A stretch of DNA of 64,000 nt from a virus. Lineage: Duplodnaviria; Heunggongvirae; Uroviricota; Caudoviricetes. The stretch lies in IMG/VR virus record IMGVR_UViG_2778260994_000001. One strand, written 5' to 3'. Within the stretch, counting starts at the first letter, position 1. The number at the start of each line of letters is the position of its first letter. Below the pieces are notes generated by a model. The model was given only the letters and a program-made list of their open reading frames with translations, ran no database searches and was not told where the DNA came from. The position numbers and the translations under genes are program-made. Positions 31,347-41,413 of the stretch are shown one piece after another.

Positions 31347-31729
31347 CTCCCCGTTCCCTAATACACAGACGGGGACACTCTGCGGTCGATTTTTTGACGG
31401 GGGACGACTCATACCCCGTGGCGTCTGGCTTCTTAGGCCGCTACCATCATCAGATCATCGTTTGCATTTACTTTAATGGTCAGTTTCTAAAACGCCGCAA
31501 AGTCGCTAACCATGACGAAAACCCTGAAAAAAACGCCCACCCGAAGATGGGCAAACTGGAAGCTCGTAACGCACTTCGGTGTTGCCACTTAGGCGTATGG
31601 TCAACCTGGCAACTCGGCGTCATGAGGGGGAAGGAGTCACTACCCCGCCATACTTGCCGCCGCGCCTGTCGCGGCTAACAGCTAAATCGCTCTATAAATC
31701 ACGATTCATTGAGGCGATATTACACTAAT

Positions 31730-31746
31730 AAATTTATTAGAGCAAT
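31730..31746 (-). promoter_or_regulatory. Perfect C1-operator 17-mer (ATTGCTCTAATAAATTT) overlapping the dmt stop codon
   Basis: 17/17 match on the minus strand; positioned to control leftward transcription into the leader/tRNA/ban region. Confidence 0.6.
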
Positions 31747-34001
31747 ATAGCCATAACGTCATGAGCAACACCACGAGTGTCTCCCTTACAAGACACAGAA
31801 CGTCTGGCAAAGAGAGGTTCCACTCTGAAGCCTCTGTCCTGATAAAGTTCTCTGACGTTTGGCGCGCCACTGTTAGTAATGAGTACCTTTGCACCTCGGC
31901 GATGAGCATCCGTCAACAGAGACACCAGGCGTTTTTGCTCTTCAAACTTAAAGTCATGACCGGAATAGTTCGTGAACCCCTCTGTATTGGGGAGCGGTTC
32001 ATACGGCGGATCGCAAAAGATGACATCTCCTTCTCCGGCAGCTTCAATCACTGCTGCAAAATCACCGCATACAAACTCAGACCGCCCTTCCGCACCGAGG
32101 AAGGCTTCCATCTCCTGTAATGGGAAATACGGAGTTTTATACTTCCCATAACCGACATTGAACTCACCGGCCTGGTTGTAGCGCGTCAATCCGTTAAAAC
32201 AATGACGGTTCAGGAACAAAAACGCCGCTGCGCGATGTAAATCATCATAGACTTGTTTGTTAAACGCATTCCGTACTGCCAAGTATCCCTCCTGGGTGTT
32301 GTAGTCCAGGAAAAAACGATGTGCCAGAGTGATAAGTGAATGCTCCTCGCGTTGCAGAGTCTTGTAAAAGTTAATCAGGTCAGCATTCACATCATTTAGC
32401 AGATTTTCCTGGTATCCGGCATTCATGAAGACAGCTCCGCCACCGACGAAAGGTTCAATCAGGCGCTTCCCTTCTGGCAAATAGCGAAAGATTTGTTCCA
32501 GAACACCAAATTTTCCACCGGCCCATTTGAATATGGACCGTTCGAATTCTGCCGCTGGTTTAACTTTTCGCTCTTTTGTTTCACTTCCTTCTTTCTGCCG
32601 ACATACGGCCTTAGTAATCCGATCGCCAATCCAGCGCATTACTGGTATTGCCATACTATTGCCGATCGCTTTGTAACGCGGTCCGTCAGCTGCAAGCATC
32701 GCGGCCTCTTCTTCGCTTAAATCTGGATAGTGATTGCGAAGATATGCCAGTTCATCTGAATTAACTTTTTTACGCTTTTCCGTCGGGATCAACGTATGCC
32801 CATCAGGAAAACCTTGCAGCCTTTCACATTCGACAGGGGTAAGACGGCGGACAGCTACTTCTGCGTTTCTTACTTCATAGCAAACAGCTGTTGGATTTTT
32901 AGCCATTAGAGATGGTGAAGTATTCTTAGTTGCAGCATGTTGTGTACCGCTCATACGCTCAGGAAAAGCCAATGTAACAAGATGCTCATGGCTTTCTTGC
33001 TCACGTGCCCGCAATGTACCATGCCCTTCTGACCAAAAACCTGCTCCTGTGCTGCTAAAAACGGCAAGGTCAGTGGCATCTTTAAAATCTCTTGCCTTTA
33101 CTGTCGATGCGGTTTCATCGTCAATATATTCCCCAAATGCCGCCATCCTGAAAGCGTTTACGACTTTCGTCGATTTCATACCGGGTGGCATGTCAGCGTG
33201 TAGGCATGGATTTAGGCTTTCGCCACTGATTGCAGCGCCATTTGCAATAATGGCGGAAGCGATTTCCTTCTTTTTTCGGCTCGGCGCAATATTCCGGCGC
33301 ACGCCTTCGAACTCAAAAAGTACCGTTGCGGGATCGAGGTCTGTTCGAGCACTTGCGACAACAAACACGCGTCGGCGTCGTTGTGCCACTCCGAAGTATT
33401 GGGCATCAAGGATTCTCCAGGCCACCTTTCGCTGCGGTCCATAAATACAACCACACTGCGGCCACTTTGGAGCATGGCAACCGGTTTTGACATCCCACCG
33501 CCAGAACGTGTTACTTTTTCGTGATTCAGGTCGATCACCAGGTTCGAATGGCGCATCTTCTCCAGCCAATCCGGCAAGGAAACATCCGAACGCGTTGTCT
33601 GCTGATGACAGGACTCCTGGGACATTTTCCCAGACGATAACTGTCGGTTTGAGGAAGGACTCAGACCGTTTGTCGTCAATTGCATTTGCAAGCTCCACAT
33701 ACTTCAAAGTTAGCGCGCCGCGTTCATCATCAAGCCCACCACGTAAGCCCGCGATACTGAATGCCTGACAAGGCGTACCCCCGACGAGCACATCAGGGGC
33801 TTCAATTTCTCCGGCCTGGACTTTTTGGGCGAGTTTTGTCATGTCGCCAAGGTTCGCGACATGGGGCCAGCGGTGCGCAAGAACGGCAGATGGAAAAGGC
33901 TCGATTTCAGCAAACCACGCCGGACGCATACCCAACGGTTCCCATGAAATGCTCGCGGCTTCAATTCCACTGCAAACAGATCCATAGCACAGCTCTCTCA
34001 C
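31737..34001 (-). CDS. dmt: Fused bifunctional DNA methyltransferase: N-terminal C5-cytosine MTase domain, C-terminal Dam-like N6-adenine MTase domain
   Basis: 754 aa; PCQAFS (motif IV), ENV (motif VI), [12 protein letters not shown] in first half; KWAGGK and DPPY in second half. Confidence 0.9.
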   Translation of the reverse strand: MRELCYGSVCSGIEAASISWEPLGMRPAWFAEIEPFPSAVLAHRWPHVANLGDMTKLAQKVQAGEIEAPDVLVGGTPCQAFSIAGLRGGLDDERGALTLKYVELANAIDDKRSESFLKPTVIVWENVPGVLSSADNAFGCFLAGLAGEDAPFEPGDRPESRKSNTFWRWDVKTGCHAPKWPQCGCIYGPQRKVAWRILDAQYFGVAQRRRRVFVVASARTDLDPATVLFEFEGVRRNIAPSRKKKEIASAIIANGAAISGESLNPCLHADMPPGMKSTKVVNAFRMAAFGEYIDDETASTVKARDFKDATDLAVFSSTGAGFWSEGHGTLRAREQESHEHLVTLAFPERMSGTQHAATKNTSPSLMAKNPTAVCYEVRNAEVAVRRLTPVECERLQGFPDGHTLIPTEKRKKVNSDELAYLRNHYPDLSEEEAAMLAADGPRYKAIGNSMAIPVMRWIGDRITKAVCRQKEGSETKERKVKPAAEFERSIFKWAGGKFGVLEQIFRYLPEGKRLIEPFVGGGAVFMNAGYQENLLNDVNADLINFYKTLQREEHSLITLAHRFFLDYNTQEGYLAVRNAFNKQVYDDLHRAAAFLFLNRHCFNGLTRYNQAGEFNVGYGKYKTPYFPLQEMEAFLGAEGRSEFVCGDFAAVIEAAGEGDVIFCDPPYEPLPNTEGFTNYSGHDFKFEEQKRLVSLLTDAHRRGAKVLITNSGAPNVRELYQDRGFRVEPLFARRSVSCKGDTRGVAHDVMAILL

Positions 34002-34903
34002 TGCTTAGCCTCTCCGCCCAGGGCATTTACCAGAGCATCAACCAGGCACGAAATTTCACTGGTTAACAGGAAGAAATCTGCGTCCAGTCGCTGCGCAACA
34101 TCTTCACTATCAATATCAGAGTTCTGCTCAAGCAATTCATCCGCAAATTTGACGCTGGTAAGGCTGAAATTATGGTCCAGTGTAAATTTAATGCGGTTCT
34201 GCCAGTCGAGTGCCAACTTTGTGACGAGCTTGCCAGCTTCCAGGTGTGTGGAAATTTCATCGCTTCCCAAATCCTGCTTTTTCACTCGGGCGATACCGCC
34301 ATCCTCAAGCACGGCCTTAAGTTCTGCCGCATTCCCCATTTGAAATCCCTGTGGAGCACTAGCATCACGTACCCAGTCGGTCAGCGTTAACTCAATGGGA
34401 TTTTCAACACTTAGTGGCACAACAGGAAGAGAACCCAGAGACTTACGCATAAGCGCGAGCATATCCTCTGCCTGCCGCGCGCTGGCATTGATATAGATGC
34501 GTTTAGTTGAACCGTCGTAGATCGCCTGGATAACAGAAAACTTTGAAAAAGCCCGTGGCAGAAGAGAATGTAGAACTTCGTCTTTCAGGGAGTCCTTCTC
34601 TGTTTTCTTCAGTTTACGCGCTTGTTCTTGCTCAAGTTTTTCAATTTTTTCTTGAATAGCTCGCTGAATAACCGGCGGGGGAAGAATTTTTGTTTCGCGC
34701 TTTGCTTCAACAAGGATAAAACCATTTCCATGCATAGCGATAACTTCGGAATTATCACCAAATGGAGATACAAAACCGAACTTGGCCATATCCTGACTAC
34801 CGCATGGCGTGAAAAGGATCATTTTCTTTTTATCTTCTAAGTCGGTCAGATCCGCCTCACGAGAAAGTTTATAAATAGTAATGTTTTTCCAGTGCTTAAA
34901 CAT
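33998..34903 (-). CDS. hrdC: RdgC-like recombination-associated protein (start at internal Met; ORF-track start 35017)
   Basis: [16 protein letters not shown]...[14 protein letters not shown]...[25 protein letters not shown] aligns with E. coli RdgC as recalled. Confidence 0.85.
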   Translation of the reverse strand: MFKHWKNITIYKLSREADLTDLEDKKKMILFTPCGSQDMAKFGFVSPFGDNSEVIAMHGNGFILVEAKRETKILPPPVIQRAIQEKIEKLEQEQARKLKKTEKDSLKDEVLHSLLPRAFSKFSVIQAIYDGSTKRIYINASARQAEDMLALMRKSLGSLPVVPLSVENPIELTLTDWVRDASAPQGFQMGNAAELKAVLEDGGIARVKKQDLGSDEISTHLEAGKLVTKLALDWQNRIKFTLDHNFSLTSVKFADELLEQNSDIDSEDVAQRLDADFFLLTSEISCLVDALVNALGGEAKQ

Positions 34904-35183
34904 GTTGTAACCCTTGAATATCAACCACAGAAAGCTCGTCTTTGTAGAAAAATGCCAGGTTGTGGCACCCCCTCGTTTGAGCGTATGAGCTGGGACCAAT
35001 TTCGTTCTTCCAGACAAATGGCTTCAAATCCGTACGGCGAAGCATAAAAACGCGATTTGTTCCGCTCTGATTCCCAATGAGGCAAAAGCCTTCTTTCACC
35101 TTGATAGCCTGCAAGTTGTCGAGTTCACCGCTGGTTACACGGCTATCGAACTCTTTGCGGCTTATTAGCTCCATCTGCATCTG
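34896..35183 (-). CDS. Hypothetical protein (about 95 aa; annotated 118-aa start at 35252 lies inside the operator)
   Basis: Internal Met [11 protein letters not shown] preferred because the 17-mer operator covers the upstream ATG. Confidence 0.45.
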   Translation of the reverse strand, partial: QMQMELISRKEFDSRVTSGELDNLQAIKVKEGFCLIGNQSGTNRVFMLRRTDLKPFVWKNEIGPSSYAQTRGCHNLAFFYKDELSVVDIQGLQHV

Positions 35184-35251
35184 ACGACTCCAAACAAATG
35201 CCCATTGAAGGGCGATGGCTGAATGGTACCGAAAATACGACATAAAAAACA

Positions 35252-35268
35252 ATATTTATTAGAGCAAT
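35252..35268 (-). promoter_or_regulatory. C1-operator-like 17-mer (ATTGCTCTAATAAATAT, 16/17)
   Basis: Minus-strand match at the head of the uhr-like/hrdC/dmt gene string. Confidence 0.5.
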
Positions 35269-35349
35269 TTTGCAATAGTTGAACTCCATGTAGTCCACAA
35301 ACAACCTGAGTTAAAATAACGAAAACCAGAGCAAATAATTGGTGATGAC

Positions 35350-35634
35350 GTGGCAAGTATTGCAACAAAAGACAGCATTTGTTCGGGGCACGGAGGATTC
35401 CCATCCAGGCCTCCTGTAGAGAGTGAACCACTACTTAAAGTCAACGGAGTCGAAGTGTTAGTTGATGGTAAGCAATATGCACAGCATACCGATGGAAACA
35501 GTACGCACGGTGGGCAAGCTATATCAACCAGGGCATGGTTTACCGTCAATGGTAAAGGGATCGTATGCGTTGGTGACCCTGTTTCATGCGGATCTACCGT
35601 AGCGTCCGGAGACGGCCTGGTTCAGGTAAGTTAG
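35350..35634 (+). CDS. Small Gly-rich protein, possibly PAAR-like (94 aa, GTG start)
   Basis: SGHGG and GDPVSCGS patterns loosely resemble PAAR-repeat proteins; weak. Confidence 0.4.
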   Translation: MASIATKDSICSGHGGFPSRPPVESEPLLKVNGVEVLVDGKQYAQHTDGNSTHGGQAISTRAWFTVNGKGIVCVGDPVSCGSTVASGDGLVQVS

Positions 35635-35642
35635 GAGATATC

Positions 35643-36431
35643 ATGCTGGAAAAAGACTACCAGTTATCCGCATATAAAAAATTGGCCGCCGCCGGTGGGA
35701 TGAAAACACCTGGTGCCATAACATCGGCACGAAACAGTGCTAACACAGCAAAACTGCTTGCAGAAGAATTGACCGGATTAATTCTGGATACAATTGTCTA
35801 TCCCGACACTATTACCAGCTATGTTTCAACGATCAGAACAACCACAACCGGCTTAACGAACATTGGAGAACTGGCAACTAAGCACGCGGACCTGTTGGCT
35901 GGTTATGCAGATCTGTCAATGCTGCTTCAACTCGATATTGGTTGGGATGTTTACTGCCGTGCTAATGAGCGAGAAGTATCAGAACTGCCGATCTCTATTG
36001 CCATTGGTGATGTGACTATTACTAAATCGCTTGAGGACGCTGTAAACGCGCTTAATACATCAAGTTTAGTCGCTGCTATGGGGGAGATTAACCAGACCCT
36101 TAACACTGGCTCAGGAAGCTCGTCAGGCTCTGGTTCAGGCGGCGGCACTGCCACTCCCCCACCAGCACTAACAGAAGAGCAAATTGAATCTCTGAAAGTA
36201 GCAACTGAACAGTTTGGGGTTGTTTTCAACCAGACAACAGCGCCCACAACTGCGTTACAACAGCAGTATGAACGAGCGAATGAAAGCGCCAATGTAGCCA
36301 TAACTGCTTATAACCATGCTATCGGTACTGCGCTTGCGGAAGCATCAGCAAATAAGGCCAGCACAGCCAGCGCAGTTGCTGCTTTGGTTCCTGATTCTGT
36401 TCTTGATGAATTAAACAAAGCGGCACAGTAA
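35643..36431 (+). CDS. Hypothetical protein with Gly/Ser-rich linker (about 262 aa)
   Basis: AGGAG RBS before the ATG at 35643; internal TGSGSSSGSGSGGGTATPPP linker. Confidence 0.6.
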   Translation: MLEKDYQLSAYKKLAAAGGMKTPGAITSARNSANTAKLLAEELTGLILDTIVYPDTITSYVSTIRTTTTGLTNIGELATKHADLLAGYADLSMLLQLDIGWDVYCRANEREVSELPISIAIGDVTITKSLEDAVNALNTSSLVAAMGEINQTLNTGSGSSSGSGSGGGTATPPPALTEEQIESLKVATEQFGVVFNQTTAPTTALQQQYERANESANVAITAYNHAIGTALAEASANKASTASAVAALVPDSVLDELNKAAQ

Positions 36432-36470
36432 CAAAGGACTTCATTGATAATTTTTCTTCAGGAGGAAGAC

Positions 36471-36893
36471 ATGTCATTCTTTTCTACGTTAAAAACAGCT
36501 TTGTCTTTGAAGGAGAAACTTGCTGCTACTGGTGTTCTTGTTCTGATTTGCGCACTTGTTGGTGCTGGGTTTGCATGGGAACGTCATCAGCTAAAGCAAG
36601 CCATCGAGAAAATTGGCAGTCTTGATCAGGCTGTTAAGGAACGTGATAAGTCAATAATGGATCTTAACCAGACCATTGAGACGATGAACAAAGCAGAGCA
36701 ACATTTTCACAGCCAGGAAGTGAAAAATGAATCAGAACAAGCCAAATATGCTGACAGGCAAATGGAACGAAAAGCTGAAGTTCAGAAACAACTGGTTGCG
36801 GCGGGTAATGTTCGCCAGCGCATTCCTGCTGACACTCAGCGGTTGCTCCGGGAGTCGATCAGCGAATTTAACGCCGACGCCGACAAAGGTTAA
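36471..36893 (+). CDS. Inner-membrane spanin-like protein (N-terminal TM plus periplasmic coiled coil)
   Basis: AGGAGG RBS; TM segment ATGVLVLICALVGAGFAW then charged coiled-coil sequence. Confidence 0.5.
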   Translation: MSFFSTLKTALSLKEKLAATGVLVLICALVGAGFAWERHQLKQAIEKIGSLDQAVKERDKSIMDLNQTIETMNKAEQHFHSQEVKNESEQAKYADRQMERKAEVQKQLVAAGNVRQRIPADTQRLLRESISEFNADADKG

Positions 36894-37059
36894 CCACCCT
36901 GCCCCCAAAAGTGCATTTATGTGCAGAATGCCAGAGTTTAGCAGTGAATATTTTGATGATCTGCCAGCGTATATCCTCGATACAGAAACGATGCTGATGG
37001 GGATTAACAGGAAGAATCGCAACGTTAATGATTACAACCGCGCTATCAGCGGTAACTAA
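36808..37059 (+). CDS. Outer-membrane spanin-like lipoprotein, overlapping the 3' end of the previous gene in another frame (start uncertain, 36727-36808)
   Basis: Lipobox LTLSGC followed by Pro-rich segment; overlapped architecture typical of spanin pairs. Confidence 0.4.
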   Translation: MFASAFLLTLSGCSGSRSANLTPTPTKVNHPAPKSAFMCRMPEFSSEYFDDLPAYILDTETMLMGINRKNRNVNDYNRAISGN

Positions 37060-37070
37060 AAGGGATTTTT

Positions 37071-37463
37071 ATGTCTGATAAAGTAACAGTAAAGCAAACT
37101 ATCAACAAAGCGACTTCAATCTACAAAATTGAGCACATCACTGTTGGCAAGCCAGGATCTGAACAATACCGTCATGCTTTCGAGCTTGCCGATCAGCTTG
37201 GTTTAAAACACCCGGATTGCATCGAGCATGTATTTCCGACCTATGCTGATGAGCAATGTACTCATGTTCTTACCGAAGAGGATTTTTTCAGCACTGAAGA
37301 ACGAGAAGGCGTTGATCGCTGCATTGGTGTGATTTGTTCTTCGGTAAGTGATGATTTATTCCCTAATGTTCCGGAAGGTGGTGGTGTTGGATACCAATTC
37401 CTGTATGAAGGCGATGAGCTTAAATGTTATGAACATGGTCTTCTTATCGAAAGCGTAGAATAA
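37071..37463 (+). CDS. Hypothetical protein (130 aa)
   Basis: ORF only. Confidence 0.6.
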   Translation: MSDKVTVKQTINKATSIYKIEHITVGKPGSEQYRHAFELADQLGLKHPDCIEHVFPTYADEQCTHVLTEEDFFSTEEREGVDRCIGVICSSVSDDLFPNVPEGGGVGYQFLYEGDELKCYEHGLLIESVE

Positions 37464-37477
37464 TACGGTTTCCTTCC

Positions 37478-37502
37478 AACCGGCTTTGTTGGCCGGTTTT
37501 TC
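37478..37502 (+). terminator. Intrinsic terminator
   Basis: AACCGGC-tttgtt-GGCCGGTT followed by TTTT. Confidence 0.65.
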
Positions 37503-37504
37503 AC

Positions 37505-37582
37505 TTATCCACATTATCCACTGAGTAGATCCAATAATTAGGTCCATACAGATCCCAATTAGATCCATATAGATCCCTGATC
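37505..37582. other. Plasmid replication origin core (oriR-like): two DnaA boxes and five GATC sites
   Basis: TTATCCACA at 37505 and TTATCCACT at 37515; GATC at 37528, 37551, 37562, 37572, 37579; immediately upstream of incC iterons. Confidence 0.75.
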
Positions 37583-37621
37583 GTTGCAGGCCGCGCCACG
37601 TCTGGCTTAGAAGTGTATCGC

Positions 37622-37725
37622 GATGTGTGCTGGAGGGAAACCGATGTGTGCTGGAGGGATAAAAATGTGTGCTGACGGGTTGCTAATGTGTGCTGGCGGG
37701 ATATAGGATGTGTGCTGACGGGAAA
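37622..37725. repeat. incC-like array: five direct 19-bp RepA iterons
   Basis: GATGTGTGCTGGAGGGAAA and four variants in direct orientation. Confidence 0.85.
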
Positions 37726-37781
37726 GCCTGGGTAGTTATCACCGCTTATAAAAACTATCCACATAATTCGGAAAAAGTAAT

Positions 37782-38642
37782 ATGAATCAATCCTTTATCT
37801 CCGATATTCTTTACGCAGACATTGAAAGTAAGGCAAAAGAACTAACAGTTAATTCAAACAACACTGTGCAGCCTGTAGCGTTGATGCGCTTGGGGGTATT
37901 CGTGCCGAAGCCATCAAAGAGCAAAGGAGAAAGTAAAGAGATTGATGCCACCAAAGCGTTTTCCCAGCTGGAGATAGCTAAAGCCGAGGGTTACGATGAT
38001 ATTAAAATCACCGGTCCTCGACTCGATATGGATACTGATTTCAAAACGTGGATCGGTGTCATCTACGCGTTCAGCAAATACGGCTTGTCCTCAAACACCA
38101 TCCAGTTATCGTTTCAGGAATTCGCTAAAGCCTGTGGTTTCCCCTCAAAACGTCTGGATGCGAAACTGCGTTTAACCATTCATGAATCACTTGGACGCTT
38201 ACGTAACAAGGGTATCGCTTTTAAGCGCGGAAAAGATGCTAAAGGCGGCTATCAGACTGGTCTGCTAAAGGTCGGTCGTTTTGATGCTGACCTTGATCTG
38301 ATAGAGCTGGAGGCTGATTCGAAGCTGTGGGAGCTGTTCCAGCTTGATTATCGCGTTCTGTTGCAACACCACGCCTTGCGTGCCCTTCCGAAGAAAGAAG
38401 CTGCACAAGCCATTTACACTTTCATCGAAAGCCTTCCGCAGAATCCGTTGCCGCTATCTTTCGCCCGAATCCGTGAGCGCCTGGCTTTGCAGTCAGCTGT
38501 TGGCGAGCAAAACCGTATCATTAAGAAAGCGATAGAACAGCTTAAAACAATCGGCTATCTCGACTGTTCAATTGAGAAGAAAGGCCGGGAAAGTTTTGTA
38601 ATCGTCCATTCTCGCAATCCAAAGCTGAAACTCCCAGAATAA
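37782..38642 (+). CDS. repA: Plasmid replication initiator RepA (iteron-binding)
   Basis: 286 aa ORF flanked on both sides by its own iteron arrays. Confidence 0.9.
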   Translation: MNQSFISDILYADIESKAKELTVNSNNTVQPVALMRLGVFVPKPSKSKGESKEIDATKAFSQLEIAKAEGYDDIKITGPRLDMDTDFKTWIGVIYAFSKYGLSSNTIQLSFQEFAKACGFPSKRLDAKLRLTIHESLGRLRNKGIAFKRGKDAKGGYQTGLLKVGRFDADLDLIELEADSKLWELFQLDYRVLLQHHALRALPKKEAAQAIYTFIESLPQNPLPLSFARIRERLALQSAVGEQNRIIKKAIEQLKTIGYLDCSIEKKGRESFVIVHSRNPKLKLPE

Positions 38643-38930
38643 GTGTGTGCTGGAGGGAAGCTGCATTAAAAAAATGTGTGCTGCCGGGAAGGCTTGTCCA
38701 ATTTCCTGTTTTTGATGTGCGCTGGAGGGGGACGCCCCGCAGTTTGCCCAGACTTTCCCTCCAGCACACATCTGTCCATCCGTTTTTCCCTCCAGTGCAC
38801 ATGTAATTCTCTGCCTTTCCCTCCAGCACACATATTTGATACCAGCGATCCCTCCGCAGCACATAATTCAATGCGACTTCCCTCTATCGCACATCTTAGA
38901 CTTTTATTATCCCTCCAGCACACATCGAAG
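38643..38930. repeat. incA-like copy-control array: nine iterons in two orientations
   Basis: Three direct copies of (A/G)TGTGTGCTGGAGGG-like then six inverted CCCTCCAGCACACAT-like copies. Confidence 0.85.
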
Positions 38931-39189
38931 CTGCCGGGCAAGCCGTTCTCACCAGTTGATAGAGAGTGAAGCCTGGCTACCCGTTGAAGCAGGAAATCAC
39001 CAAAATGATTCAGGCTACAACCTGAACATAGAAGAAATCCGCGTCCTTTATGCGTGGAGGATGCCAAAGCATGTTGTGACACACTTGGCAAAGGAGTAAA
39101 CATGCAGAGAATGCTATGTACAAGCATCTACGCATACATTATTATTTTATGCAGCATTTTTAATTAAATTCAAAAATACAGCATAAAGG

Positions 39190-40395
39190 ATGACTTCGAT
39201 GAGTGATTCCAGCCAGCTTCACAAGGTTGCTCAAAGAGCAAACAGAATGCTCAATGTTCTGACTGAACAAGTACAGTTGCAAAAGGATGAGCTACACGCG
39301 AACGAGTTTTACCAGGTCTATGCGAAAGCGGCACTGGCAAAATTGCCTCTACTGACTCGAGCGAACGTTGACTATGCCGTAAGTGAAATGGAAGAAAAGG
39401 GTTATGTTTTCGATAAACGCCCTGCTGGCTCTTCAATGAAATATGCGATGTCAATTCAGAACATCATTGACATATATGAACATCGCGGAGTGCCAAAATA
39501 CCGGGATCGCTACAGCGAAGCGTATGTGATTTTCATCTCCAATCTTAAAGGCGGTGTGTCAAAAACTGTATCGACGGTTTCTCTGGCGCATGCAATGCGT
39601 GCTCACCCTCATCTTCTGATGGAAGATTTAAGGATTCTGGTTATTGACCTTGATCCGCAATCTTCAGCAACGATGTTTTTAAGCCATAAACACTCTATTG
39701 GTATCGTAAACGCAACATCTGCACAGGCTATGTTGCAGAATGTAAGCCGTGAAGAGCTGTTAGAGGAGTTTATTGTTCCTTCTGTTGTACCTGGGGTTGA
39801 CGTTATGCCTGCGTCGATTGACGATGCCTTTATTGCATCCGATTGGAGAGAGCTGTGCAATGAGCATCTACCGGGTCAGAACATCCATGCAGTCCTGAAA
39901 GAAAATGTGATTGATAAGCTGAAGAGCGATTATGACTTTATCCTCGTTGATAGTGGTCCTCACCTTGACGCCTTCCTGAAAAATGCTTTGGCCTCGGCCA
40001 ATATACTGTTTACACCTCTGCCGCCTGCAACGGTTGATTTCCACTCATCGCTTAAATACGTTGCCCGCCTTCCTGAGTTGGTGAAACTCATTTCGGATGA
40101 AGGCTGCGAGTGCCAGCTTGCGACTAACATTGGTTTTATGTCCAAGTTGAGTAACAAGGCAGACCATAAGTATTGCCATAGCCTGGCTAAAGAAGTGTTC
40201 GGTGGGGATATGCTTGATGTCGTCCTCCCTCGCCTTGACGGTTTTGAACGCTGCGGCGAGTCTTTTGACACTGTTATTTCAGCTAACCCGGCAACGTATG
40301 TTGGTAGTGCTGATGCATTGAAGAACGCGCGAATTGCCGCGGAAGATTTTGCTAAAGCAGTTTTTGACCGTATTGAATTTATCAGATCTAACTGA
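39190..40395 (+). CDS. parA: Partition ATPase ParA (type Ia, with N-terminal DNA-binding extension)
   Basis: Deviant Walker A KGGVSKT; 401 aa; followed by parB and parS. Confidence 0.9.
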   Translation: MTSMSDSSQLHKVAQRANRMLNVLTEQVQLQKDELHANEFYQVYAKAALAKLPLLTRANVDYAVSEMEEKGYVFDKRPAGSSMKYAMSIQNIIDIYEHRGVPKYRDRYSEAYVIFISNLKGGVSKTVSTVSLAHAMRAHPHLLMEDLRILVIDLDPQSSATMFLSHKHSIGIVNATSAQAMLQNVSREELLEEFIVPSVVPGVDVMPASIDDAFIASDWRELCNEHLPGQNIHAVLKENVIDKLKSDYDFILVDSGPHLDAFLKNALASANILFTPLPPATVDFHSSLKYVARLPELVKLISDEGCECQLATNIGFMSKLSNKADHKYCHSLAKEVFGGDMLDVVLPRLDGFERCGESFDTVISANPATYVGSADALKNARIAAEDFAKAVFDRIEFIRSN

Positions 40396-40411
40396 GGAGT
40401 AAGAAACCCCC

Positions 40412-41413
40412 ATGTCAAAGAAAAACAGACCAACAATTGGGCGAACCCTTAATCCTTCAATATTAAGCGGATTTGATAGTTCTTCAGCCTCTGGCGATCG
40501 AGTCGAGCAGGTATTCAAGTTATCAACTGGTCGCCAGGCCACATTTATTGAAGAGGTAATACCTCCGAACCAGGTAGAAAGCGATACCTTTGTTGATCAG
40601 CATAACAACGGGCGTGACCAGGCATCTCTTACGCCAAAATCATTAAAAAGTATCCGAAGCACTATTAAGCATCAGCAATTTTACCCTGCAATAGGTGTCA
40701 GACGGGCTACAGGGAAAATTGAAATTTTGGATGGTTCCCGGCGTCGAGCTTCTGCCATCTTAGAGAACGTAGGGTTGCGGGTTTTAGTCACGGACCAGGA
40801 GATCAGCGTTCAGGAAGCGCAAAATTTAGCGAAAGACGTTCAGACAGCATTGCAGCACAGCATTCGAGAAATAGGTCTGCGTTTGATGCGAATGAAAAAT
40901 GATGGGATGAGTCAGAAGGATATTGCAGCCAAAGAAGGGCTGTCTCAGGCGAAGGTCACGCGTGCTCTCCAGGCAGCGAGCGCTCCGGAAGAATTAGTCG
41001 CCCTTTTCCCTGTGCAGTCGGAATTAACCTTTTCGGACTACAAAACGCTTTGTGCTGTTGGCGACGAAATGGGGAACAAGAATTTAGAGTTTGATCAGCT
41101 TATTCAAAACATATCCCCGGAAATAAACGACATCTTATCCATTGAAGAAATGGCCGAAGATGAAGTTAAAAATAAAATCCTGCGCTTGATAACAAAGGAA
41201 GCCTCACTACTCACGGATAAAGGTTCTAAAGATAAGTCCGTAGTTACTGAATTATGGAAATTTGAGGACAAGGATCGCTTTGCAAGGAAGCGCGTGAAAG
41301 GCCGTGCATTTTCTTATGAGTTTAATCGACTCTCAAAAGAGATACAGGAAGAACTCGACAGGATGATTGGGCATATCCTTAGAAAGAGCCTCGATAAAAA
41401 GCCGAAGCCTTAA
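40412..41413 (+). CDS. parB: Partition protein ParB (centromere-binding)
   Basis: 333 aa ORF immediately downstream of parA and upstream of the parS-like site. Confidence 0.85.
   Translation: MSKKNRPTIGRTLNPSILSGFDSSSASGDRVEQVFKLSTGRQATFIEEVIPPNQVESDTFVDQHNNGRDQASLTPKSLKSIRSTIKHQQFYPAIGVRRATGKIEILDGSRRRASAILENVGLRVLVTDQEISVQEAQNLAKDVQTALQHSIREIGLRLMRMKNDGMSQKDIAAKEGLSQAKVTRALQAASAPEELVALFPVQSELTFSDYKTLCAVGDEMGNKNLEFDQLIQNISPEINDILSIEEMAEDEVKNKILRLITKEASLLTDKGSKDKSVVTELWKFEDKDRFARKRVKGRAFSYEFNRLSKEIQEELDRMIGHILRKSLDKKPKP

Noticed and set aside
31343-31678. 111-aa plus-strand ORF in the leader downstream of dmt
   Set aside because: No RBS, antisense to the direction implied by the operator site, His/Arg/Cys-rich composition typical of a random frame.
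33212-35549. ORFs overlapping dmt and hrdC (33212-33700, 33049-33444, 35165-35431, 35259-35549) and the 339-aa long form of hrdC
   Set aside because: Embedded in or antisense to genes with strong homology signals; the N-terminal extension of hrdC precedes the conserved RdgC start.
37600-38940. Repeat arrays around repA considered as a possible CRISPR array
   Set aside because: The 19-bp repeats occur in both orientations with irregular spacing, flank a RepA gene and follow DnaA boxes: these are replicon iterons (incC/incA). No cas genes are present.
38542-39127. ORFs inside the incA iteron array (38542-38871, 38568-38864, 38666-39127, 38676-38969)
   Set aside because: Repetitive Gly/Cys-rich translations generated by the iterons themselves; not genes.
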